DNA of 64,000 bases, from the NCBI GenBank assembly GCA_002633005.1, contig NMRA01000740.1:107872-171871 (forward strand), written 5' to 3'. The notes beneath the pieces were generated by a model. That model was not told the DNA's origin. It made no database searches and worked only from the letters and a program-made list of their open reading frames with translations. Positions within the stretch are counted from its first letter, which is position 1. Every line of letters begins with the position of its first letter. This stretch comes from Phoronis australis. Its lineage: Eukaryota > Animalia > Phoronida. The position numbers were made by a program, and so were the translations under genes. Positions 28,241 to 40,925 of this stretch are shown here, piece after piece.

Positions 28241-31200
28241 GATGATGACGGCCTTCTTACGAGCACCACTTGATACTTTACGACTGAAAGGAAAATTTGA
28301 CGAACTTAGTGGAATTTAAGGTAAGCATTTACCTAAGAAAACTAATGAGAATTGTGGTTTTCACATACAAAATTGATGTAGCTTTAACACCATAAGATAA
28401 ATACATTTTAGATTAACAATAACATCATCAATTTTTGAGGTCTGTCTCAAACATACATATGAAATAAAATAAAATAATTTTTTGTCATGTTGCTAACACC
28501 ATTAATTTGCTATCCAAAGTGCACCTTTCTTTTTTTGCTAAGTTTTACTAAAAGACGTGGTCATTTGACCCAAATAATGGCAGACTGGAAAAAGTAAACA
28601 AAATCTACAGCTTTCAACTTAAAAAATTTTACTCGGATAAAATGTATAGTTTTGTAGATATTTGGCAAAATAGTTGTCACTAAGATTCTAGGTAAAACAT
28701 TTTAGAACATTTTACAAATAAATCCTAAGAGCATTTTGGACAACACTGCATAAAGCAGTAATATGTGAAAGTTTTGCATGTGATTTTTTGAAGTTAGCCA
28801 AATTTAAACATTTTTTAAGACGTGTGAATTTGGGTGGCAGACATTGCAAAGTGCAGTTATTTTTATGAAATATAAAGTTAGAATCTTTAAATAATATGGA
28901 GCGGAGCTTCTTTCATGCCCCACACATTATGCACCTTGGCACACACAGGTAATTCAAAACTGGTTATACAATCACCATATTTCCTCATCTTCATCGCTTA
29001 GGTCCAAGTGTTCAAACGATTCCTTACACAACAGGCTGTCAACAGCAACATCATCATTACTGAAATCAGCCGTTTCCTAGGAAAAAAATCACTAATTAGT
29101 TTCATTTAAATAGTTCAATAAATTGTAGTGCCTGAGGAAAGTGTTTGTGATTCATTTAAATTTCATCGCCTCACTGCATATAAATATACAATATTTGGAA
29201 ATTCAAAGGTTTCTGAGTGTGTGTTCAGTTGCAGAAAGGATCATTAACCTTAAGTGCCATACACTGAGTGAAGTTAAGCAAGCACTAAAGTAGCACTTAG
29301 AGTTTGTGACTTAAAAAAATATGACAGCCCCAGAAATCACTTTCACATTATATCCAGGTTGTCATTCACTGACCCTTGCATACATACACTCAAAGAACGA
29401 GCTCTGAGGGACTGAATGACAACTGCTTCAGCTCATTTTATGCAGCGAACATTTTTGTGTTCAAGTGCATCATGCACTCAACAAATCACTCATTAATATA
29501 TTTCTGTTGTCAACAAAACCACTAAAATTGTTACAAAAATTACTGACGTGGCTAAGTGTCATTTTTTTGTACATTTCTGGCATCACAATATGGGCAGTGG
29601 ATGGACTTAATGGAGTGACATGGTAGTGAGGGAAGTCTAGGTGAAGGTGAGCAACTAGTCATTGGTGATTCTACATAAACTACCTTTCTTATGATACATC
29701 TGGTTTTCTTGTTTAGATATATAGTAAAAAACGATCGAAACAGAATTTCCACATTTTCATTGCTGTTCTCATTAAAACAGCATCATTGTGCTGTTCATTT
29801 TTAGGGCAAAACCATGAACAAAAATACATACGGGGGGTACTTTTAGTTCAACACACTAGCTCCTGTCCATGTGAAATTGAAGGTTCTTAATCAGACCCAT
29901 TTTAATATTCAGCAGTAATGACTTTTACTTCTTACTAACATCATTTTATTTTGTTGCAGAATTCAATCACCAACAGGTTTTATTTTATTTTATTGATATA
30001 TAAATAAAATACAAAATCCAGTTCAGTACCTTACATTTCCTCTAGAGTGGCATGTCAAATACCTTTAGTTTTATCATAAAAGAGGTTCGTTTTGTCATGT
30101 GACAAGTTACAAAGTTTTCCCCAACAGCAAAACTAAAAAAATGTTCCTTCTTTTTCTTGTTGGAGACAAATTGATTTTAAATTTAGCTTAGAAATCTTTG
30201 AGTAACCAGCAAGTACAATCTCTTGAGTGGGAAAATAACCGTACTCTCCTGCTGTCAACACTAACACAGGAGTCCGGCTCATTGACTGTAAACATCTGAT
30301 CCACCCAGACTTCTCAAAATTACATTATGCCCATGTTCAGCCGTCCACCTCTGATTTTTGACTTAATCGACTTCAGCATTGCTGGAGTTAATCTGGACAA
30401 GTATATTATAAATAACTGCAGATGAAAACTTCATTTGAAAGAGGCAATAAAACATGAAACAAGTGGTTGCTCAACGGCACCTGAATACTTACTTCATTGG
30501 ACAAATCTTCAAATCGCGGAAACAATTTCCATGGACTGGATAATTTGATAGGAGTGAAACCACCACTCTGAAAAAAGTAAAAGCCTTGATTCTTCCCAGG
30601 CACCACTGAAACAACTATTTCATCCATTTAGATGAATGATCTTTCACCAATGCAGTATGTCTGGCAAAACATTAGGACAGACTCAAATTATAGCACTCTC
30701 CAAATCATTACATACAGTGTGATGTGCAGTGGCTTACAAACTATTTCATGAGCACTTAGTCACCGTCAGTAATGATAACTATAGTGAGTTGTTCGGAGGG
30801 GAAAGTTAATCGCCCAAAATTGCACTTGCAATTATGACCAAGACTTCGCTCGTGTTTTAAAACCGAAATTGTTCACCCGTATTCATGACCGAGACTTCGC
30901 TCAAAACCATTGTATCCAATAAAAAATTGATTTATATGTCGCAAGCTCTGAAGCAGTAGTACGCTTGAACTTTATACTGTCTTGTATTTTTGTGCATGTT
31001 ATGAATTGCTCAGAAGATAAAATCTCAGGTGCAAAGTAAATAATTACAAAACATTGAAAAATATCAAAGACATATTTTTGACTTGCTGCCCAGTAGCCAC
31101 AGCCATCCCAGGCATTTGAAAATGATCCGTTTCAGTACATACTGAGGTGCCAGAATGTATATCAATCAGGTTGTGGTGGAATCTACCGGGTAGTTTCATT

Positions 31201-34200
31201 CTCTTACTCTTGCGTGTATATAATATATGGCATTGCATAGAACATAGATATGAAACGGTTCTCTAGGGGGTAATGTAGTAGAATTTATAAACATTGGTGG
31301 TAAATCACTCATTGTTGTTTTGCTCACAATGTACCTTTTGTTTTATTGTACTAAATAGACATGGTTCCGTGACCCAATTGATGGCATACTGGTACAAAGT
31401 CAAAAATCGAATTCTTCAGACTTTCTGGTTTAAAGAAAATAATATGTGCCTCTAGAATGTCAAATTTTATAGTTATTTAGACATTCAGTTAAAAATAAAG
31501 CTGGCTTATTAAGTCTCACGTAAATTTAAAGTTATGTGAAATGTTATAGCCAAGTCCAGCAATCTATAAACCATTACTAAGACTCGGTAAAACTAAAAGT
31601 AGATATTTCTTCAAAATATAAAGTTTGGAAAATGTGATTTTCGACTTTACCAATATACAATTAAGTAACAGGTTCATGTGACCATATCTTTTAGTAAAAT
31701 AACACAAATAAAAAGTACATTATTTACAGCAAACCAATGGAATCAATTGTATAGATGAAAAATTTCTGAAAAAATGTTCAAGATGAAATCTAACAACCTT
31801 CGTTAAAATAAGTCTTCTAAATAATCATTTTATTTCGATTTTATAGGCCTAATAAATATTCTTCATAAAATCTCAAAAGCAATGTTATTTGATAGCCCTT
31901 AATGCAAACATAAGCAATCTGAGAACAATTCCTGGCACAGATTTGAAGAACAGTGCATAAGCACAGTATCTGGAACTTTCGTTTGAACTTGACCGGCCAT
32001 TTCCGGGCAATGTTGCAAAGTTAGCCACACTAAAATTTGAAATTTTTTGGGGTGCGTCTCACGTCACCCTTAGGCAACCCTTACCTTCCTTAGCAGGGTT
32101 CCATGTCTCGATTCATCTTATACAAGTGCTTAATTTTCGTCCATTAAACTATTCATATTCGAAACCCTTGCTCACAATTTTTTTTCATGCATATGAACAT
32201 AATGCTCGCACATTTGTAGCCAAGCGACTTATTTCAAAAACCTCTTTTCATGGAGTTGGATGTTACTCCAACCACCATGAAATTGTTGGCCCTTCATCAT
32301 AACAATGGGATAAAATTAAAGAATAAATAAAATACCAACTAATTATTACTAATTAATCTTCCAACAACAAAATGAAGCCTGACCTGTGACTTGGCTGGTG
32401 TAGAGAATTCCTTCATCCAATCATCAACAAATCCACTAGAACAGTCTTCCTCTCGAACGGCATATTCAGTGTGATCGCCTGGCGGTACGCCCGTATTGCA
32501 TAGCTTGACTGACTGAATAAAAAGTTGGCACTCCTCATTGGTTGCTAGTCATCGCATTCACATTCAGTTGTTCTAAGCGTGAATCAGCAAAATAGGGGAA
32601 GACGTCGTTTGCAGCAAATCTACCGTCCATTTGTCACATTAACTTTCTCACTTTTTCCTTTTCAGTGAATGTATTAGTCGATGAATCAATAAGTATAGAA
32701 GCTGTTAAACAATTCCATTGTTAAAAATTTCTCTAAGTAAACTTTGAAATATTTATTTTTTAAAAAATTTGTACCAAAGCAGAGATAGTGTGCCCCACGT
32801 CAATGGTGCAAAAGTAATTTTACTGACACACTATGATTGCTTAGCACGGGACAATGGCCTCATTAAAACTGAAAGCAAGAACGAAAAAACTATCATGGCC
32901 CATAGGTCCTCCATTAACTGGCACGAGTCCGTGTGAGTCAATTCATACATGCTCACATTTTTTTCTAAAACAAAGTAACCAGCTCATACGTATACTGTAT
33001 GTTGTATCACGGCTGGGTATGATTTGTTCAATCATGATGCCAGTCAGTGCAGATTCAAACCAAAAAACATTATCCACAAGGTTTTATCGCTTTGATGGTT
33101 AGATAATAGACTCCACAGAGCTAATTGAATTTATCTCTAATTTCACCTTTTGTAGAGCTGATTAATGCAAGAAAACTACTGTTGATGGGTGAAAACAAAA
33201 TTTATTCACTAATCGAAAGCTGATTACTACAATAACTATATCTAAAACACATGCTACAAGTCAAAAAACATAATGATTAATCTACCTTATCTCACTATGA
33301 ACAAGCTCTTGATTCACGTAAACAGATGAATAATAATTATACCTCCTCACAAGTTGTGCATGTTTCAAAGGCTTGCGGCTGCGAAGAGACAGACTCATCA
33401 GCAGAGTTTCCCCCTACAACTGTCTCTACTTTGAAGGGAAAGGCCTGAACTGTTGAAGAGTCACTCAACACATACTGTCTACCATCAGCTGGCACGTTGT
33501 AGTAGCCCCATCCCTCATTATCGACATAAACTGGTTCAACTGCAGTAGAAACAAGCGGGCCGCAGATGTACGTCTTTCTGGCTTTTCTTATCTCTTGGGA
33601 GCTAGATTTAGTCCGGCCTTGTAACTTACTGCAAGCATACAAAAAGTTATAAACAGTACTTTGGAATTAGTTGGAGGTTTCAGTTTAGGATTTGAAACAT
33701 GGATATATTTCATAACAGAACTTGTATGCCTTCACTTATCATGATCAGTGAATATCTGTTAGTAAAGCCCAGGTGGTTCAGTATTCAAAGCCAGCCTCTG
33801 TTACAGCTGACAACATCTGCTGGGCTATTGTGTTCTGGTCATAACAGGGTGATATCTGATGTTATCATGCAGGCTTGGGTAGACCTGATAATTGGATTAC
33901 ATAATCAGAATATATTTCAGTACTCATCATTGGTTGAGGAAATGAACAGGTTCTGCAATGAAAGAACTCAGTAAGTGATGTTTCTTATTCCAATGCATCG
34001 AGAGACCACTGACCAGCATATTTTCATGAATGAAAGAACTATTTTTCACATTCAGGAGAATTTAGTATGTAACCATGGAAAAATGTCAGTGGTGGTGCAT
34101 CTCATTTGCGTATCTTTGGTGATGCAAGATTCATGACTGCAATGCATGCACAGACTAAAAATGACATGAAAATATCAAGCCACTGCTTAAAAGCCTTAAA

Positions 34201-36553
34201 GGACATGCTGCTCTTGTGGCTATAGAGTTAGAAAACTTGGTTATTGCAGCTTAAAAGTAAAATCTCACAAATGCCAGAGAGAGAAAAACAATTGCAAAAA
34301 CTGCCTGTTTTCACTTTTCAAGGACTTCTAGCATTTTTGTGAACGCCCAGAATTTTTTAAAACATTGTTTGATGGCAATTGTGGAACAAATCTTGAGCAC
34401 CAAAAAGACAACACGTTTAATTTGGTGCTGCATACGTTGCATGGAAATTGGAGATTATCATACGGTACTTAGGGATCCACATCCGCCTGTTCACATATAT
34501 ATGATACGTCCAAAATCAGCTTAAAGCTAATTCACATACGCCTTTAAAATTAATTTTGAAAATACTCCCTACCATGATAGCAGCAACTTTACGAAATTAA
34601 TAACTAAACTACATTAGTAACTACTACCATGCCTGTAAAGACCATCCTGAGTATTTTCGAGTAAAAATAGCTTCAGAAAATCCACCATCTGGCCCATTTG
34701 CTGCCTACTTGCTCTAGTCAACATGATTTGGTAAAATTTACGCACTTGTTGCGTTTCTCTTGAAGCTGGCACAGAAATGCACTCCTTATATTTTCCAGTG
34801 TCAAGTGACTAGTCTCACCCTCCATTTGGGACGCTACAAGATAACAAGTGAGAACCAACTATAGTTGTTTAAGTCACTACATGTCAGAATTAACATTCAT
34901 TATCACTAAGTGATTATCAAAGGCACTGTTATGTGTGGTTTTACACTTAATAAAATCCAAGCTTATTTTCAAACAATATGCAGCTAAAGAAGGAAAGTGC
35001 CCACAGTTGAATAACTTACCTTTCAACTTCAACAGCCTTCCTACCAAATCTTCCAAATTGCTCAACTGTCTGCTAGTTTCTTCAAGAATCATAGCCTGAA
35101 GAAAATCAACAAGAAATAAAAAGCGAGGAACATGATGCACTCTACAATAAAAACCTTTGTTCACATTTGATGCACCCATGTTTATATTTGAAGCTGTACT
35201 TCCTTTATTCTGTCTTTGCTATGTTATGTACTTTCAAAATAAAAAATCAGCTTTAGTGATGTATTGGTTAACAGTTTTCATCGGTAATCTGTTTTGTCTG
35301 GGTTGTACTATGAGCTGTGTTGTAGAGCAAAAGGCTAGGCATAACTATTAAGTGTTAAGTACAAAAAACACGATTAAAAGATAGATAGACATAAGAACGG
35401 ACAAGGGAGGTAGATAGTTACACTATTTGTTTCCCCGTGTTCCTCTTTAAAATCACTTTAGTATATGTAGACTTAACCATGACCTACAACTTGAGAAAAA
35501 GCAAAGAAAATTGTTTTAGAGTGACTATTTTTTATTAAAAAATATTTAAATTTTCCCAAGAAGTTCATTTTTTTCTTGGAGGCCTTTCTAAAAATGCCGT
35601 CACAGATTTCAAAATCTTCCAACAGACTTATTTAAGTCACCAATAGGTAATCATGATAATGAAGCCATTGTCAAATACTGTTTTCTGTACTTTGTTTTTG
35701 ATATTTGGCAAATACACAACATTCAGTCAAAATTCCCAACTTCATTTCGAAATAACTTATGTTAAAATCAATTTAAAAAATCCCTGGCTTAGATTTGAAG
35801 TTCATTTGTATTAGATTTCAATTTCTTTATGACATAAAAATTGATCAAAAGATAGCTAAGAAATAAACTAGAGCAAATTGTCACTACCTAAAAATAATGA
35901 AATTTGAAAGCGCTTATCTCGCGTAACCTAAGCACCAGAAACACATGAAACCCTCTTGCCTAGATATTCACCCAACAAAGTTTATTTTGACTCTTGCGAA
36001 TGAAGTATGATCCCAATGTAGCTCCTGTATGTGACAGATCAAGCAGGCACCTTAATTTTTTGTTTCTCAATCCCATGATTTTAGATTTCAACTCAGAATG
36101 AGCATGATACTCTGGTGATAGGTATATACTTTTAAGTATAGGACTTTGCAAACAGGACTTTGTTTTTTTTAAACAGAATGGCATTTGAGTGGTTTCACTG
36201 CTTGTCTCAATTGCAAAATGAGTGAGCAAAGACGAGAAACGAATTAACAGTTTTATGAGTAATACAAAGCATTCACAGTGGCAATTAAAAACAGAATGAA
36301 AGTTCAACATTTCCGAGTCTGAATTAAAAAGTAAGCTTTTGAAATTTGTCAAACAACCAATCTCCAGTCAAAATACCTTTGAAGTTTTCTTCTTTCCCGT
36401 CCTGTCTCCTTTCTCTATAATTTGCTTGAGTGTATGGTAACAAGTAGCTATGTTTGCTCTCCACTTGGCATCTGATTGGCGCCGTTTCTGTCTCATGCCA
36501 GGATCTGACGCCGATCGGGACTGAGACCTCGTTTTAATCTCCGACCGTTGCAT
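24234..36553 (-). CDS. STRA8: STRA8-like protein (N-terminal bHLH, acidic/poly-Ser linker, HMG-like STRA8 C-domain), ~568-577 aa
   Basis: Phase-consistent exons on -: 36553-36377, 35095-35020, 34833-34746, 33628-33343, 32512-32384, 29076-28976, 28283-28131, 26614-26373, 25947-25724, 25274-25191, 24407-24234 (or a donor at 24273 to a terminal exon 22486-22475, LLM*). The bHLH block KRRQSDAKWRANIATCYHTLKQII..TSKAMILEETSRQLSNLEDLVGRLLKLKAS..TLENIRSAF resembles recalled STRA8 RRRLSQARHRATL..SKWQVL..LEQTLDNLLKLKAS..SLEEVKKEY. The second block ERYYYFYRQVANQL..PKVTTVIKEMWEDLPVDQRK resembles STRA8 ERYLNFYKQTMDLL..PIVSAAISHLWQNLSEERK. The symbol rests on recalled sequence, not a search. Confidence 0.8.
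28184..28240 (-). repeat. Coding (AGC)n trinucleotide repeat encoding 19 Ser
   Basis: GCT x15, ACT, GCT x3 on +, inside exon 28283-28131. Splice phases fix the Ser frame. Confidence 0.85.
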
Positions 36554-39500
36554 GCCTAAGCAGTTTGGGAAATTCTGGGTGAAAATGAAAAGTTAGGAGT
36601 TACGACAAGATTTTGGTTAAAAATATTTACCACGCACTATAATCATGCAGTGGAGCAAACAAAAATGTTGCTTGAACAAAAAGTACACTACTCTAATTCA
36701 TCTCTGCCGGCTAAAAGGGGCTTATGGCCAGGGACAAACGGCCAGTAAATACAGTCAGTCGTATGCACGCCTGGCATGGCATATCTTGGAAAGTCGCATT
36801 GGCACTCAAACAGATAACTTTGAAGAAACATTACACTTGGCAACTACATAAGGCAACACACCTATAGTATGTTTAGAGCCACCACTTCCTGCAATCAACT
36901 CCCTAAATAATCGCCTTGAGAAAAGTCAATTCATTAAGAATGAATCATTTTCTTGTTTTAGTTTCGTATTTTTAGTCTACCGAAATTGACTTTCAAGTCC
37001 TCATATCACTGTGTCAGTCACACATTTATTTAATTTATAATTATTTATTACTTGACGCTAGTTGTTTATTTCATATTTTTATTCTTTTATTTTATTAGTA
37101 TTCCTGTTCCTGGGGCATTTGGAAGACCAATGAGATTGTTTTGGCCCAGGTTTTGCGGTATAACATTTTGTCTAGATATTTTAAAAGGGTCAATTAGTTT
37201 TCCTCATTACACATAAAACCGTGGATCTTGACTGAACAATGAGAAGACTCACCACAGCTAACTTGGTCGATTTAAAAATCTACAATTTTGTCTTGATCTA
37301 ATTACACAACAGTCTATATCCACAAAAATGGACGTTGATTATAACCCATAAGTTTGAAAGTGCCAAGATTAATATTGTTTTATCTTCAAAAATTAGTTTT
37401 AAAAAATTCTTCATCTATTCCAGGAACATATTTCTCCCACAGCATCATTCAGTATGTTCTAAATATATGCAAGTTGACAAGTCATTTCAATTACTGGTAT
37501 CAAAATCTTATCTGCCATTTACAAATTAGCCTTTTAATGTTCAACACTTTTTGAAGATTGTGAGTCAATTGGCAGGAAATTTTGCTCATTTAGGGTCAAT
37601 GGCTATGGAACAGCATCTCAGAATTTTTATTTTTGTTAAACAATGAAAATATCACCCATCAAAAATGAATACTGAGGACATTATTTCAAAAAAGAAACTT
37701 ATATGGTTGGTACTCACTATATTGTCACATGGTTCCTTACGAATAGACAGTAAGAATGTTTAGTTCAAACACAAAGTCGCCTGCAGCTCAGGATTTTTGA
37801 AATTCATGCATTTCAAGCCCAATGATTCAGAAACTCGTAAACAGTGCAAATTACTCACTAAGATTGTCAAACCATCAATCCTTGCATTGACAGCAACATT
37901 ACCTCACCACTTGAAAAATGTCAACTGAGTGCAGATCTTCTGATAGCAATTTGTCAAATCAGCTGAGCTATCAAAAGGTCAGGGGTTTAATAAATTATCA
38001 ATTCAAGGATATTAAGCTTGGCTACTTGAAAGTGTTGAGATACATAATAAACATTTCCAGTTGAGCTCAGCAGACAAATAAATCCTTTAGCTTTCTTAAA
38101 GGGGCATTATGGGTTTTATGACCAAACCCACATTTCAGGGATTGTTGTTGGATGGGATAGTCATCTTGAAGTTATTGCTGTGACAACTCTGCCATAAAAC
38201 AAAAAATAAGTTTGGTTTTTCATTTTATAACAAATTTCCAATTCTTGCTACTGTATGCCAGACATGGGAAATTAAAGGCCTATGATTTTGCTCATTTGCA
38301 GTTAATATAAGCTTAATAAGATTCTCTGACATTAATTCTGTGCCAGCATGAGACTGCAACTCCCAGGGGGGGGGGGTGCAATTCCATTAAGGTAGAATGT
38401 AACCAATTTCAGACATACATAATTACAAATTGTTCTCACAGCTCCATAGAAATTCATCATGATTTTACGACTTGTATTACAAAAATAGAAAAGTAAACTT
38501 TCACTCACAGGCATCGACAGGGTTTCAATTTACAGTTGAATTCTATAGTTATTTTGAATTCTGGTCGTCTACTAAAGTATAAGCCTCCATTAAACAAAGT
38601 GGGTGTTACGGTGAAAGACACATAAACAGGCAAAAATTTACACAGGTTACTGAAAATCCATTTCTAATTAAAGTAACTTTGATGTCAAATTTATGATCTA
38701 ACAGCATTATTGCTGGCAGTGCTATCGACGCAGACAGGGAGTAGAATTATACCCTCGCCCACAAAATTTCCCTCTCAATAGGCACAGGCAATTTCCCATC
38801 AGGTGAAGGAAGGCCCTGTATCAATTGGTCAAAATAAAAAATCTCTGAGTCGGTGATATATTTTCCTCCTCTCATCAACCATAAAGTTAGTGAGCCAAAC
38901 TAACCTTAGTTAATTCATAGGCCCCGGGCCCCCCCTTAGCTGCCGCAAAAAAATAAAACAGTAAGAGCGTAGGGAAATGTTGAGTTTATTAATTAACCCT
39001 GGTAATTAAAATTATACGGATGAAAAAAGATTTAAATGTGTGCAGTTTTAGTGTTGGGGGGGCTCAAATCCAATTTCAAGTGTCAAATTCGGAACACGGC
39101 GCATTAGTAACGGAACTATGGTTAAGTACAGGCTCTCCCGCGATATCCCAGGCGACCCGGCAGTGGCGCTGCGCACTACGACTCAGTTTCCGTCGTCTGC
39201 TCCACTGTGCAGAAGAAAATTTACTTCATTTTTTAAAGAAAATGGAACCTGAGTGACGATGAAAAAACAGAAGCTGCTGGTAAGATGGGAATTTTAATCG
39301 AAGCCTTAGTGAATCACTCAGAAATTCGCAATACTCTCTTTGTCAAACCTTATGTTAAGACGATTTCCAAAGCAATCCCGTCATTATTGCCAACACAAAA
39401 AACGGATTTGGTCTTTTGGGCATTTGAATACTATTTTAAATACGACAAATTTGTTAAGAATCGATGGCACAAAACGTGTAACAAGCATTACAAAAAGAAG

Positions 39501-39568
39501 TAGGTTTCGCGCGCAAACGCTGTGGACCATAAACAAGTAGGTCTCTTAGTATGCTATTAGTCGGAAAT

Positions 39569-39624
39569 CGTGGTGGTGTAGTGGTAACGCACGCGCGCTC
39601 TATGCTCAAGGTCGTGAGTTCGAG
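39569..39624 (+). ncRNA. tRNA-like / tRNA-derived SINE head truncated by the assembly gap
   Basis: A-box TGGTGTAGTGG and B-box GAGTTCGAG with tRNA spacing; no clean anticodon stem; the 3' end is lost in Ns. Confidence 0.5.
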
Positions 39625-39869
39625 NNNNNNNNNNNNNNNNNNNNNNNNNNNNNNNNNNNNNNNNNNNNNNNNNNNNNNNNNNNNNNNNNNNNNNNNNNNN
39701 NNNNNNNNNNNNNNNNNNNNNNNNNNNNNNNNNNNNNNNNNNNNNNNNNNNNNNNNNNNNNNNNNNNNNNNNNNNNNNNNNNNNNNNNNNNNNNNNNNNN
39801 NNNNNNNNNNNNNNNNNNNNNNNNNNNNNNNNNNNNNNNNNNNNNNNNNNNNNNNNNNNNNNNNNNNNN
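39625..39869. other. Assembly gap (N run)
   Basis: 245 consecutive N. Confidence 0.99.
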
Positions 39870-40449
39870 TCACAATAAAATGGCTGCCGAAGGCAGTGCA
39901 CATTTGAAATAACTCGGCACAAATTAAAGAAAACTTCCGAATCGATGAATGCGGTATATCTGTGAGAGTTAAATCGAATCCTATTCAGATCATAACTTTG
40001 AAGTGGAATAATTCGGTGAGTACAACAGCAAGTCGGTTTTATGCTTAGGCGGACGAACATTGGGTTCCCCAGTATACTATGTGGTCAAGCAGCCGTAAAT
40101 CTTCATAATTCAACCCATTCAGAAAGCTTAAAACATGGAGATTAACTTTAAGACCACTGTGGCTGTGCAACCAACAAACCTCCCAAAACATCTTAAACTA
40201 ACGTGTCCTCATTTTTAGCAAAATCAAGTGGGAATATCAAAAAATAATTATCAAGTGAAAGCAAATTCTCTCCATCGAAAGATTTATGCCTCTTCAACTG
40301 GCAGTCAAAACTCTCCCGACGAGGTCAGTGAAATTGTGACGATACGCCAACAATGAAACTCCCGATTTTTGAGTCAAGAATAAGAACCTGCCGATTCGCC
40401 TTCGGCTACCCTTGCCCCTTACCGGACTAAGTCTTAGTCCTTAAGGCGT

Positions 40450-40925
40450 TAGGCTTACCTCACGCGGCTCGAGTCTCAAATCCCTGAAACTGTACTGGAA
40501 ACGGACAACTCACTTGGCAACCACTGCTGTGAAACTGATTCCTAGAATAAAATTCAATACCCAAAAAACAGCAGTGACATTCTTAGTGACACGAAAGCTG
40601 TCGCACAACAACACGAAGTGAGCTAAAGTAAAGCTAAGCGCGCCGACCAGCAGATTCTCATGCAGACATGATGCAGACGATCTTTTGAAATGTCCGCCAA
40701 CTGGGTCTTAAAAAATTAATTAGAAATAACAAACGTCTTTCTAAGACGAGTATTGTTTTGATATGTTCTTTAAAACGTAATTTTTAAGGAAAAAGTGTTG
40801 TAAAGAATATTTTTTAGGAATTTTTATGTTCAACTACGCTTAAATATACCATTTTGTAAATTCTTTACTCGTTGTTCTGCAATGTTTTGTAATAAGCATT
40901 TACAACGGGGTCAGAGGTTATAAAG
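40450..40925. promoter_or_regulatory. Putative bidirectional promoter for STRA8-like (-, non-coding first exon) and PGP (+)
   Basis: The STRA8-like ATG exon begins at an acceptor (~36575), so it needs an upstream exon. Minus-strand donors occur at ~40513 (GTGAGT) and ~40458 (GTAAGC) in a relatively CpG-rich patch. DR1-like GGGTCAgAGGTTA at 40908-40920. Confidence 0.4.

Noticed and set aside
26373-36553. Calling the bHLH-HMG gene MEIOSIN/BHMG1 or SOHLH
   Set aside because: The LLKLKAS and ERYxxFYxQ signatures match recalled STRA8 better. MEIOSIN cannot be fully excluded without a phylogeny.
39569-39624. Functional tRNA gene
   Set aside because: No pairing anticodon stem and the 3' end is missing; kept only as tRNA-like.
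39454-40060. Long ORFs spanning 39454-40060
   Set aside because: They are open only because they run through the N gap.
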